Shown here piece by piece: positions 35,139 to 44,240 of a stretch of 64,000 nucleotides of DNA. The stretch's first letter is position 1. Every line of letters starts with the position of its first letter. Position numbers and translations under genes: made by a program. Source of the stretch: Actinomycetota bacterium (GTDB lineage: Bacteria; Actinomycetota; CADDZG01; JAHWKV01); NCBI GenBank assembly GCA_030447305.1, contig JAUJPC010000001.1, positions 531,739-595,738 on the forward strand, read 5' to 3'. Under the pieces are notes generated by a model that had not been told where the DNA came from, made no database searches, and saw nothing but the letters and a program-made list of their open reading frames with translations.

Positions 35139-36206
35139 TCACCAGATCGCGTCCCGATCGGGCAGCAGCAGGCAGCTGTCTCCGAACTCGTGCCACAGGT
35201 AGTCCAGGGAGACTGCGGCATCGTAGGCTTGACGCACCACCGGTGCGTTGGCAACCGCCTCCAGCAGGTCCAGGTGGGTCGCCGTCGCCGTATGCCATCC
35301 GGTTATCAGTCCCTCGACCGCGCGGGCGGGCCTGGAAGCCTCCAGCACCAGATCGGTCCACCCCTCGACTGCGGAAACGTACCCCAGCTCGTCGGCGGCG
35401 GACTCCAGGGCCCGGGTGACTGTTGTCCCTACTGCGACCACCCGGCCTCCGCTGCTGTGAGTGAAGTTCACCAGGTCGGCGGTGGTTTGCGGAACGCGGA
35501 ACGGCTCGGGGGCGGGCAACTCTCCCAGCTCGAGCGAAGACACGCCGGTGTGAAGCAAGATCGGTGCGAACCTTACCCCGGCTGCGAGAAGTTGGGTGAC
35601 CAGCCGGTCCGTGAACGGCCGGCCGGCACTGGGCATCTCCGCGCTGCCGGGCTCGGTGGCGAACACGGTTTGATAAGCGGTCAGCGGCCAGCGCTGCTGG
35701 ATATAGGCGTAGGTTATGGGACGGCCGAACCGGCCCAGGTACTCGAGGACCGTCTTGGAGGACGACTCTGGTTGCAGCCGGCACCGCACCAGCCGGCTGC
35801 GGCCCTCGATTCCCGGGTATGCGCTCAGGATGGTGATCCGCCGGCCGCCCGCGATCTCGATTTCCTCGCCGGCCGTCGCGTCGAGCATGGGTCCGGAGTT
35901 GTCCGGTCTTCGAAGTTCCACGGCCCAGGTTCCGTCGTCCAGGCGGGTCGAGAAGTGCACCGTGGTTGGACGGCCGTCACCCCGCATGCCTGCAACCGCC
36001 GCCGGAAGCGTCCGGGATGTGTTGAAAACCAGAAGGTCTCCTTGTCGAAGGAAACGCCCGAGGTCCCGGAATCGGGCGTGGGTCACTCCGCCGGTCCGGG
36101 CCACCAGTAAACGAACGCCATCCCGGTCGAGTCCCCGAGCCTCCGGCGGGGCGACGGCGGCCCGGCCCTCAGGGTGCGGGGGTAGCGGAGCGGTGGTCGT
36201 TCTCAC
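35139..36206 (-). CDS. queA: S-adenosylmethionine:tRNA ribosyltransferase-isomerase
   Basis: 'LRQGDLLVFNTSRTLPAAV', 'SAEMPSAGRPFT', 'LLHTGVSS' and 'GGRVVAVGTTVTRALES'. The GTG start at 36206 overlaps the SDR stop (GTGA). The 671-aa track ORF is a read-through artefact. Confidence 0.8.
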   Translation of the reverse strand: MRTTTAPLPPHPEGRAAVAPPEARGLDRDGVRLLVARTGGVTHARFRDLGRFLRQGDLLVFNTSRTLPAAVAGMRGDGRPTTVHFSTRLDDGTWAVELRRPDNSGPMLDATAGEEIEIAGGRRITILSAYPGIEGRSRLVRCRLQPESSSKTVLEYLGRFGRPITYAYIQQRWPLTAYQTVFATEPGSAEMPSAGRPFTDRLVTQLLAAGVRFAPILLHTGVSSLELGELPAPEPFRVPQTTADLVNFTHSSGGRVVAVGTTVTRALESAADELGYVSAVEGWTDLVLEASRPARAVEGLITGWHTATATHLDLLEAVANAPVVRQAYDAAVSLDYLWHEFGDSCLLLPDRDAIW

Positions 36207-36901
36207 GCTGTCGCCCGAAGGGAACCCGCCGCGAGGTCGACCGCCCGGTAGCGGCCGCTCGGCGGAGCTTCTTCGAGAAGCCGAAGCAAAGACGGCACCA
36301 CGGTTTCGGGCACCGGCCGGTCTGATATGTCCTCGCCCGGGAAAGCCTCCTGCTGCATGGCCGTTCGCATGTCGCCGGGATCGAAGGCGTAGACCCGGAG
36401 GCCGGGTTGCTCCGCGCCGAGCCCGGATGAGATTCGGTCGAGGGCGGCTTTCGAGGCGCCGTAGCCGCCCCAACCCTCGTACGGCTCTACGGCCGCGTCG
36501 GATGTGATGTTGACGACGGTTCCGGAAGGCCGGAGATAGGGCAGAAGCACCTGGATCAGCGCCAGAGGCGCCAACGCGTTGATACGGAAAACGGCTTCCA
36601 GTCGAGCTAAATCGTAGTCGGCCAGGCCCGGCAGCGGGTTTGGGCCGAGCGTGCTTGCGTTGTTCACCAGGAGGTCCAGACGACCTGTCCGGCGAACCGC
36701 GTCGGCCAGTTGGCGACGGTGGGCCGGCCTCGATACGTCTCCTGCGATGGCCTCGACGGTCGGGCCGATCCCGGCCGCCGCCCGGGTCAATGCCTGCTCT
36801 TCCCGGGCGTCGATGATCAACTCCCAACCCCGGGCCGCCAACTCCTTGGCCAATGCCAATCCGAAGCCTCGGGAGGCTCCGGTGATAAGTGCTAATGCCA
36901 T
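36203..36901 (-). CDS. short-chain dehydrogenase/reductase (SDR)
   Basis: 'ITGASRGFGLALAKEL' (TGxxxGxG), 'NNAS' and 'YGASKAAL' (YxxxK). Confidence 0.85.
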   Translation of the reverse strand: MALALITGASRGFGLALAKELAARGWELIIDAREEQALTRAAAGIGPTVEAIAGDVSRPAHRRQLADAVRRTGRLDLLVNNASTLGPNPLPGLADYDLARLEAVFRINALAPLALIQVLLPYLRPSGTVVNITSDAAVEPYEGWGGYGASKAALDRISSGLGAEQPGLRVYAFDPGDMRTAMQQEAFPGEDISDRPVPETVVPSLLRLLEEAPPSGRYRAVDLAAGSLRATA

Positions 36902-36962
36902 TGCGATCTCCTTTATGCGTCCAATTGATGCAGAATAGAAGTTGAAGTGAACTTGAAGTCAA

Positions 36963-37445
36963 ATGGCGAGGGGTGTGATGGACGAGGGAGGGTTGTCGGT
37001 GGGGCAGGTATCGCAAAGAAGCGGCTTCGCCGCGTCGGCAATTCGTTACTACGAAGCTCAGGGCCTCATCAGTGCCGAGCGCAATAGTGGGGGACAGCGA
37101 CGCTTTCGTCGCAGTGTGCTGCGAAGGCTGGCCTTCATAAGCGCAGCCCGTCACTTGGGGCTCACCCTCGACGAGGTGCGGGAGGCACTGGCGCAGTTGC
37201 CGCAGTCCCGCACTCCCACCACCGCCGACTGGAAGAGGATCTCGCTGCTTTGGCGGGAGAAGCTGAACGGCGAGATTCGGGCTCTTGAGGCCCTCCGCGA
37301 CGGGCTCGACTCGTGTATTGGGTGCGGATGCCTGTCGCTAGACCGCTGCGCTATCTCCAACCCTCACGACGCCGCGGCTGCCGGGGGTCCCGGAGCCGTC
37401 TATCTGCCCAAGCAGCTGCGGGTGCCCTCCGACAGGGTGAGGTAG
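36963..37445 (+). CDS. soxR: redox-sensitive MerR-family regulator SoxR
   Basis: 'LSVGQVSQRSGFAASAIRYYEAQGLI' MerR HTH and the [2Fe-2S] cluster motif 'CIGCGCLSLDRCAISNP'. Confidence 0.85.
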   Translation: MARGVMDEGGLSVGQVSQRSGFAASAIRYYEAQGLISAERNSGGQRRFRRSVLRRLAFISAARHLGLTLDEVREALAQLPQSRTPTTADWKRISLLWREKLNGEIRALEALRDGLDSCIGCGCLSLDRCAISNPHDAAAAGGPGAVYLPKQLRVPSDRVR

Positions 37446-37448
37446 CCG

Positions 37449-38531
37449 TTATTCGAGAGTTGCGGCCCTGTCGTTCGGGAGTAGGTTGATCCATGTGTTG
37501 CCTGCCGCAAGCTCGATGGGCTTGCCGGCTGCATCGACCAGGGTCGTCTGATCGCCGTAACCGGGCCGTACCCAGTGGCCCTGAACCGCCTGCCCGTTGC
37601 GGAGGACGATGGCCTCGCCGGATTCCGTTACTGCGATCTCCGGCGAGCTGCCCCTACGGTCAACCGGCACCTTCATGACCACCACGTTGGTCCCACCGAG
37701 CTGAGCTCCGGATGCCGCTTTGTGCGGTGAACCGCCCTGAAACCTCAGGTAACGCCGGCCGGCCGGATCCCACGAGTAGCTCACAACGGCCGCGCCGGAG
37801 TACGAGAAGGAAACCTTGTTGCCCGGAGGTCCTGGTGGCGGAGGAGCCGGAGGCGCCGGAGCGCCCGGAGATGCAACGGGGGGAGGCGCCGGCGGTGGCG
37901 GAGGAGGTGCTTCAGCCAGCTTCGGATTGAAGATCAGTCCCGTCCTGGGAGCACCGACCACGCCCTGGGCTGCGGGACGGGACCGGATCTTGTCGGTAGA
38001 CGTGTACAGGTTGTGGGGGGCGCGTCCTCCGCGCCGGGCGTAGGCGGGTCCGTTTGACCCATGCACCAGGTTGATGACTCCGGGGGTTCTGCCAACCTTG
38101 TTCGTGACGTTGGGTGAGCCTCCGGAGTAGGCGAAAAGAACGGGCGCGTACTGCGTCAAAATGTCGGGGTCGACTGCTCGAGCGCTGCGAGTAGGCCCGA
38201 GGTCCGCTGCATCGCCGCAATGGTAGATGCCCATGAATCTCGTAAGACCGCCTTCGACCAGCTCCTCGTAGACGATGTCCGCCGTCTCAAGGCCTGTCTG
38301 GGGCCGGGCCGCGGGATGGTTGTCGATCTTGACCGCAAGTGCCGGCCGGTTGACGTCCAGGCCCGGCGGAGCTTCCACGCCGGTGAGCGGACAGCGGATG
38401 GGCTCGGGCGGAGGAGGGGGCGATGCCTCGGGAGAAGGTGCCCGGGTCGGCGCGGCCTGCGGCTCCGAGTCGCGGCAGGCAGTCGCCACCAGGGCGACGA
38501 GAAACAGGAGAATAAGCAGGAGTCGACGCAC
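37449..38531 (-). CDS. DUF3048 domain-containing lipoprotein
   Basis: Lipobox 'LVATAC'. 'CPLTG...RPALAVKIDNHPAARPQTGLETADIVYEELVEGGLTRFMGIY' is characteristic of DUF3048. There is an internal poly-Pro linker. Confidence 0.8.
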   Translation of the reverse strand: MRRLLLILLFLVALVATACRDSEPQAAPTRAPSPEASPPPPPEPIRCPLTGVEAPPGLDVNRPALAVKIDNHPAARPQTGLETADIVYEELVEGGLTRFMGIYHCGDAADLGPTRSARAVDPDILTQYAPVLFAYSGGSPNVTNKVGRTPGVINLVHGSNGPAYARRGGRAPHNLYTSTDKIRSRPAAQGVVGAPRTGLIFNPKLAEAPPPPPPAPPPVASPGAPAPPAPPPPGPPGNKVSFSYSGAAVVSYSWDPAGRRYLRFQGGSPHKAASGAQLGGTNVVVMKVPVDRRGSSPEIAVTESGEAIVLRNGQAVQGHWVRPGYGDQTTLVDAAGKPIELAAGNTWINLLPNDRAATLE

Positions 38532-38598
38532 GAGGCCAAAGGGTACACTGCGCCAGCTTCGGAAGCCACATTCCAGGCGGCGCCCGCCGCTGGCCGGA

Positions 38599-38880
38599 TT
38601 ACGGAGCTACCCGGTTCAACTTTCTGACGGTGTAGTCGGTCCAAATGCCGTTTTTCCAGTAGACATCGGACTCGATCACCGCCCGGGCCGCATCTTCGCC
38701 TTCGACGGCCAGGATCAGAAGCGACGCGCTCATATCGGCCAGGGCTCCGGCAACTATCACCGCACCTGCTTCGATCAGCTTGCCCACACGCGCCAGGTGC
38801 TCCTCCCGGTAGGGGGCTCGCTTATCGGCAGCCCCGTCGGCGTAGGTGGCTTCGACTACGTGACAGGTCTCGATGTTCAC
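38599..38880 (-). CDS. YciI family protein
   Basis: 93 aa. 'RAPYREEHLARVGKLIEAGAVIVAGAL' and 'DVYWKNGIW' fit YciI-like proteins. Confidence 0.75.
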   Translation of the reverse strand: MNIETCHVVEATYADGAADKRAPYREEHLARVGKLIEAGAVIVAGALADMSASLLILAVEGEDAARAVIESDVYWKNGIWTDYTVRKLNRVAP

Positions 38881-38889
38881 GGACCGAGT

Positions 38890-39800
38890 CTATTTAAGCT
38901 TGGGTAGGGTCTGTTGCCGGACAAGCACGGGGGCGAACAGATCGCCGTGCTCGGTGACCCGAGCCAGTGCCTGTGAGTGGGAGAACCGCACGGTGTCCGG
39001 GCTGCCCGACTTCTTTGGGGCCGTCACCTCGTCCCAGGTCACGGGGGTGGAGACCGTCGGCGTCTGCCTCGCCCGGAGCGAGTACACGCAGACCGTGGTC
39101 TTGAAGTAGTCGTTTTGGCTCCAGTCGATCAGAACCTTGCCTTTGCGCAGCTCCTTTTTCATGTCGGAGACCACCAGGTCGGGCATCTGCTGCTCCATCA
39201 GTCCGGCGACGGCGTGCGCGAACGCCTTGCTCTGGTCGTAGGTGTCGGCGGAGTTCAGCGGCAGGTACACCTGCATCCCCTTCGACCCGGAGGTCTTGGG
39301 TACGCCTCCAGGTCCAGCTCCTCGAACATCTTCAGAAGGCCCAAGGCCACCTCGCAGCACTCGACGATGCTCGTCGACGGGCCGGGGTCCAGGTCAAAGG
39401 CCACGGCGGTGGGCCGCTCCAGGTGCTCGCCCACCGACAGGGAGGTGTGCAGCTCCAGGTCGGCCAGGTTCGCCGTCCACACCAGACTGGCCAGATCGTC
39501 GACGCTGCAGAACTCGATCATTTTCTTCTGGCGCTCGCTCCAGACCGGGATGGTGCGCATCCACGACGGCCGGAACTTGGGGCACTGTTTCTCGTAGAAG
39601 AACTCGCCGTTGACGCCGTTGGGATAGCGCTTGAGGGTTAGGGGGCGGTTCCTCAGGTGGGGCAATAGCACCGGAGCGACTTGGGTGTAGTAATCGATGA
39701 CGTCGCGCTTGGTGAAGCCGGCTTCGGGATAGAGGATCTTGTCCAGGTTCGAGAGCTTGAGCTCCCGGCCTTCCACGTTCACCACCGTTGCAGCTGCCAA
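38890..39800 (-). CDS. NHEJ polymerase/primase (LigD PolDom-type), one frameshift near 39298
   Basis: 'LKLSNLDKILYPEAGFTKRDVIDYYTQVAPVLLPHLRNRPLTLKRYPNG...LELH' (frame 39255..39800) continues as 'KTSGSKGMQVYLPL...LIDWSQN' (frame 38890..39360). The junction is at a CCC run. Confidence 0.8.
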
Positions 39801-39813
39801 AACTCCGTCCGGC

Positions 39814-40077
39814 TCAGTCGGTTGTGCTGCAGACGTATTCGGGCGTCTGCGCCGGCTGGTCCCGAATCACGGATCGGAAACCCACCCGGACATGAGAGCG
39901 GTCGCAGAACGGCTTGTTGGCTGAAGCCCCGCAGCGGCACAGGGCAACATTCTTGCCCTTGACAACCATCTCGTTGCCATCTTCGTCGATCAGGGTGACC
40001 GGGCCCCTAACCAGCAGCGGGCCGTTGTCGGATGGCTGGATGGAACACCGGGAGCCGTCTTTTCCCTTGATACTCAT
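39814..40077 (-). CDS. CDGSH-type iron-sulfur domain protein
   Basis: 'ALCRCGASANKPFCDRSH' is a CDGSH-like 2Fe-2S motif. I take the start at ATG 40077. Confidence 0.8.
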   Translation of the reverse strand: MSIKGKDGSRCSIQPSDNGPLLVRGPVTLIDEDGNEMVVKGKNVALCRCGASANKPFCDRSHVRVGFRSVIRDQPAQTPEYVCSTTD

Positions 40078-40221
40078 CTGAGACCTTGTGTACCCACTTC
40101 CAAGGCAGCGAATGTCTCGATTGGTGGGGACTGCCGGTGGCGACAATGGCAGGGCCTTGCGGTTCAATGCCAGCCCAGCGGGGTACCCTTATTCCGGCCG
40201 ATTTACAGAAGGAGACTCAAG

Positions 40222-40404
40222 TTGCGCCTATACGACCGAATGAGGAAGGCTGAGCCCACCCCCAGGGAGCAGGCCAACTGGGACCGACTTGCAGCAGCCG
40301 AAGTCGAGCGCCAGCGCAAGATCCGCAGGGAACAGGCGCAAGGCCGCCGGGGGGCCGACCTTGCCGCTAAGCAGAGCGTGCTGCAGCAGTTCCGGAACCA
40401 TTAA
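40222..40404 (+). CDS. hypothetical small basic protein (60 aa)
   Basis: SD GAAGGAG 7 nt before TTG 40222. Arg/Gln/Glu-rich helix-like sequence. Confidence 0.4.
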   Translation: MRLYDRMRKAEPTPREQANWDRLAAAEVERQRKIRREQAQGRRGADLAAKQSVLQQFRNH

Positions 40405-40683
40405 ACGCGCTATCGGCGATTTCTCATGTCGCAGCCGGTCAAGGAAGAAGGACGTTTGGGCACCTTGACAAAAGCGCTGTCCTACGCCGCAGCCGGCTAT
40501 GCCGGGACCGCTCTGATAGGGCATTTAAAGGAAAGGCGAGGGGGAATTGCTTGCAGCTGTGCAGAAAGCTGTTGGTGCAAGAGGTCGCCGCTCAAGCTCT
40601 TCCGGTGGGTATTTCCGTTTCGACATACGGCCGCCCCATAGCACTGGGTTCGACAGTTAAAGGGTTGGTGTCGATGAGCCATA

Positions 40684-43600
40684 TCACCGGAAGTCCCTCG
40701 CCTTCAGGTCCGAGGCCATCGTCAAGCTCAACGGCTCAATCTTTGCCGCCAGCAGGTTGACCACTCCATCGGCCCGCTCCAGGCGGCCGGTGATCAGCAG
40801 CGCCTTGGACGTGGTCGCCACCTTGCGGTAGCGAGCCCACACCTGCTTCTGGCAGATCACGTTGATCAGACCGGTTTCGTCCTCCAGACTGACGAAGATG
40901 GTTCCCCCGGCGGTCGCCGGCTTCTGGCGGTGGGTCACCACCCCTCCCACCTTCACGGCGCGGTTCGGGGTGGCGGTTTCCAGATCCAGCGCCGACAGGA
41001 CACCCTTGCGCTTCAGGACCGGCCGGAGGAACTCGACCGGCGAGCGGTCCGGTGACAGGCTGGTCGACCAGAAGTCGGCCGAGGCCTGCTCGATTGCGGT
41101 CATGTCGGGGAGCCGGGGAGAGTCGGCTCCGGTCACCAGGTTGGCCAGCTGGTCCTCCTTCGACCGGGCCACCACCCCGGCCGCCCACAGCGCCTCCCGG
41201 CGGGTGAGGCCGAAGCAGTCGAAGGCCCCGGCGGTGGCCAGCGCCTCCATCTGCGGCACCTTCAGATCGCACCGGCGGGACAGATCCTCCATATCTAAGT
41301 AGGGCCTTCCGGCGGCGATCTTCTCCGCCAGGTCCTCGCCGATCGTGCGCACGTAACCGATGCCCACCCGGACCGCGACGTCGCCCTCGAAGCTTTCGAG
41401 GACCGCCTTGTCGGATGAGGCGTTGATGTCCGGACCCAGCACCTTCACCCCGTGGCGGCGCGCGCCCATCACCAGTGTCCGGGGAGCCCAAAACCCCATC
41501 GGCTGGGCGTTCAGGAGCGCCGCCAGAAACGCCGCCGGATAGTGGTGCTTGAGCCACGACGAGGCGTAAACCAGATAGGCGAAGCTCACCGAGTGGCTCT
41601 CGGGAAACCCGAAGCTGGAGAAGGCGACGAGCTTGTCCCAGATCTGATCGGCGATCTCGCCGGTGATGCCCCGCTGCGCCATTCCCTCGTAGAGCCGGGC
41701 TTTGAGGGCTTCCATCCGCTCGGTGGAGCGCTTCGACCCCATCGCCTGGCGCAGCTTGTCGGCCTCGGCTGCGGTGAACCCGGCGACGTCCACCGCCATC
41801 TGCATCAGCTGCTCCTGGAACAGCGGGATGCCCAGGGTCTTGCACAGCGACGGCTCCAGCAGCGGGTGCAGGTAGGTGACCGGCTCCTTGCCGTTGCGCC
41901 TCCTTATATAGGGGTGGACGGAGCCGCCCTGGATCGGCCCCGGCCGGATGAGCGCCACCTCCACCACGATGTCGTAGAAGCAGCGGGGCTTGAGGCGGGG
42001 AAGCGTCGCCATCTGCGCCCGGGACTCCACCTGAAAGACCCCTACGGTGTCGGCCCGGCAGAGCATCTCGTAGACCGCATCGTCCTGGGGCAGGGTGGCC
42101 AGGTCGATCTCGACGCCGTGGTAACCGGCGATCAGGTCGACACAGTAGTGGATCGCCGACAGCATCCCCAGCCCCAGCAGGTCGAACTTGACCAGCCCGG
42201 CGGCGGCGCAGTCCTCCTTGTCCCACTGCAGCACCGAGCGGTTCTCCATCCGGGCCCACTCCACCGGGCAGACCTCGATGACCGGGCGGTCGCACATCAC
42301 CATGCCTCCGGAGTGGATGCCCAGGTGGCGGGGATAGTTCTGCAGCTTGGCGGCCAGGTCGATGACCGGGGCGGGGACGTCGTGGTCGGTGCTGGCGGAC
42401 AGCGGCCCCCAGCCGTCGATCTGCTTGGACCAGGCGTCCTGCTGGCCGGGGGAGTGCCCCAGCGCCTTGGCCATGTCCCGCACCGCCGAGCGCGCCCGGT
42501 AGGTGATGACGTTCGCCACCTGCGCTGCATGCTGGCGGCCGTGCTTTTCGTAGACGTACTGGATGGCCTCCTCCCGGCGGTCGGACTCGATATCCAGGTC
42601 GATATCGGGCGGACCGTCCCGCTCGGGGGAGAGGAAGCGTTCGAACAACAGCTTGAGGGCGACGGCGTCGGCGTTGGTGATCCCCATGGCATAGCAGACG
42701 GCGCTGTTGGCGGCCGACCCTCGCCCCTGGCAGTAGATGTCGGAGCGCTTACAGAACTGGACGATGTCCCAGACGATCAAAAAGTAGCCGGGGAATCCCA
42801 GTCCCTCGATCATGTCCAACTCGTATTCGATCTGTTTGTAGGCGCCGGAAACCCGCTCTTTCTTCCTCGGCCCGTATCGCACCGCCGCCCCCTCGTAGGT
42901 CAGGTGGCGGAGCCAGCTCATCTCGGTATGGCCGTCGGGGACGGGGAAGTCGGGGAGCTTGGGGGCGACCAGCGCCAGGTCGAAGGCGCAGGCCAGTCCC
43001 AGTTCGGCGGCCCGCTCCACCACGCCGGGGTAGCGTTCGAAGACCTTTGCCATCTCTTTGCCCGACCGCAGCCGGGCGGTGGGTGCCGGCGGGAGCCATC
43101 CTTCGATCTCGTCGAGTGACCGGCGGGCTCTAACCGCGGCGATGGCGTTGGCCAGGTGCCAGTCATCGGAGGTGGCGTAGTGGACGTTGTTGGTGGCGAC
43201 CAGTGGCAGGTGGGCCCGGGCGGCCAGGTCGGCGAGAGCATCGTTGCGGTTGCAGTACAGTGGAAAGCCGTGGTCCCACAGCTCCACCGCCACGTTGTCC
43301 CGGCCGAAGTAGGCCACCAGATCGGCCAGTGCCCGGCGGGCGGCCTCCGGTCCGGAGTCGGCCAGAGCTTTCGGGACCGACCCCTTGCGGCAGCCGGTCA
43401 ATACCAGCCAGTGGTTTTGGTGCAGCTCCGCCAGGCGGGACAGGTTGTAGACCGGCTTGCCCTTCTCTTTGCCGGCCAGCTGGGCCTCGCTAATCGCCCG
43501 GCAGAGCAACCCGTAACCCACCGGGTCTCGGGCCAGCACCAGCAGATGTTGGCCGGCCGGATCGGGGACGCCGTTCTGCGGTTTGGGCAGGTCCAGGGAG

Positions 43601-43956
43601 AGTTCCGCGCCGAAGATCGTGCGGAGCCCCAGCTCCTTGGCCACCTGCGAGAAGCGCACCACAGCGTACATGCCGTCGTGGTCGGTCAGCGCCAGCGCCT
43701 CCAGGCCCAGCCTGGCCGCTTCGCCCGCCAGGTCCTCGGGGGTTGAGGCGCCGTCGAGGAAGCTGAAGTTGGAGTGGCAGTGGAGCTCGGCGTAGGGGAC
43801 CTCGCCGGGAGCCCAAGGATCCCGTGTGACCGGGATGGTCTCGGGCTTCGGGCCGCGGCGGACGATGTCGTCCTGGTCGGAGCCCAGGGGAGCGGCGGCC
43901 CCGGAAAGCAGCCGCTCGAATTGCGGCCAGGGGAGGCGGGTGTTACTCCAGCCCAT
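40684..43956 (-). CDS. dnaE2: error-prone DNA polymerase III alpha subunit DnaE2
   Basis: 1090-aa uninterrupted ORF. N-terminal PHP domain ('YAELHCHSNFSFLDGAS'), Pol III alpha core ('GRGSAANSAVCYAMGIT', 'PDIDLDIE'), and an OB-fold C-terminus. A LexA-type box lies 79 nt upstream. Confidence 0.9.
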   Translation of the reverse strand: MGWSNTRLPWPQFERLLSGAAAPLGSDQDDIVRRGPKPETIPVTRDPWAPGEVPYAELHCHSNFSFLDGASTPEDLAGEAARLGLEALALTDHDGMYAVVRFSQVAKELGLRTIFGAELSLDLPKPQNGVPDPAGQHLLVLARDPVGYGLLCRAISEAQLAGKEKGKPVYNLSRLAELHQNHWLVLTGCRKGSVPKALADSGPEAARRALADLVAYFGRDNVAVELWDHGFPLYCNRNDALADLAARAHLPLVATNNVHYATSDDWHLANAIAAVRARRSLDEIEGWLPPAPTARLRSGKEMAKVFERYPGVVERAAELGLACAFDLALVAPKLPDFPVPDGHTEMSWLRHLTYEGAAVRYGPRKKERVSGAYKQIEYELDMIEGLGFPGYFLIVWDIVQFCKRSDIYCQGRGSAANSAVCYAMGITNADAVALKLLFERFLSPERDGPPDIDLDIESDRREEAIQYVYEKHGRQHAAQVANVITYRARSAVRDMAKALGHSPGQQDAWSKQIDGWGPLSASTDHDVPAPVIDLAAKLQNYPRHLGIHSGGMVMCDRPVIEVCPVEWARMENRSVLQWDKEDCAAAGLVKFDLLGLGMLSAIHYCVDLIAGYHGVEIDLATLPQDDAVYEMLCRADTVGVFQVESRAQMATLPRLKPRCFYDIVVEVALIRPGPIQGGSVHPYIRRRNGKEPVTYLHPLLEPSLCKTLGIPLFQEQLMQMAVDVAGFTAAEADKLRQAMGSKRSTERMEALKARLYEGMAQRGITGEIADQIWDKLVAFSSFGFPESHSVSFAYLVYASSWLKHHYPAAFLAALLNAQPMGFWAPRTLVMGARRHGVKVLGPDINASSDKAVLESFEGDVAVRVGIGYVRTIGEDLAEKIAAGRPYLDMEDLSRRCDLKVPQMEALATAGAFDCFGLTRREALWAAGVVARSKEDQLANLVTGADSPRLPDMTAIEQASADFWSTSLSPDRSPVEFLRPVLKRKGVLSALDLETATPNRAVKVGGVVTHRQKPATAGGTIFVSLEDETGLINVICQKQVWARYRKVATTSKALLITGRLERADGVVNLLAAKIEPLSLTMASDLKARDFR

Positions 43957-44034
43957 CTAGCAGCCTCAGACGACGGGGCTTTAGCCGTAGCTGCCGGGAC
44001 GCCTTCCGTTCAACTTTCATGAGGAAGGGAAGTA

Positions 44035-44050
44035 TCGAACAAGTGTTCGA
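44035..44050. promoter_or_regulatory. LexA (SOS) box, perfect palindrome TCGAACAAGTGTTCGA
   Basis: Matches the actinobacterial consensus TCGAAC-N4-GTTCGA. It lies between the divergent dnaE2 (start 43956) and the M23/DUF1023 gene. Confidence 0.7.
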
Positions 44051-44240
44051 TTAAGTCAACAGGGATCTATGGGTTATGCCCAGCGAAATTTCTTCCCGTA
44101 CTCACGGGTTGAGCCTTCCGTTTGTCACCCCCAGTTGTTATCTTTTGGCCACTTCCTCCCAGAACACCGCTTCCCCATGTCGTCACACTTCCCCTGTTGC
44201 GGGGGATTGCTATGCGGGGATTTCAACTCTTGCGTTGGGC

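Noticed and set aside
40426-40641. A 71-aa Cys-rich ORF ('CSCAESCWC').
   Set aside because: It has no SD and no recognisable motif, and it sits in the short gap before the convergent dnaE2 end. It is as likely to be noise as a gene.
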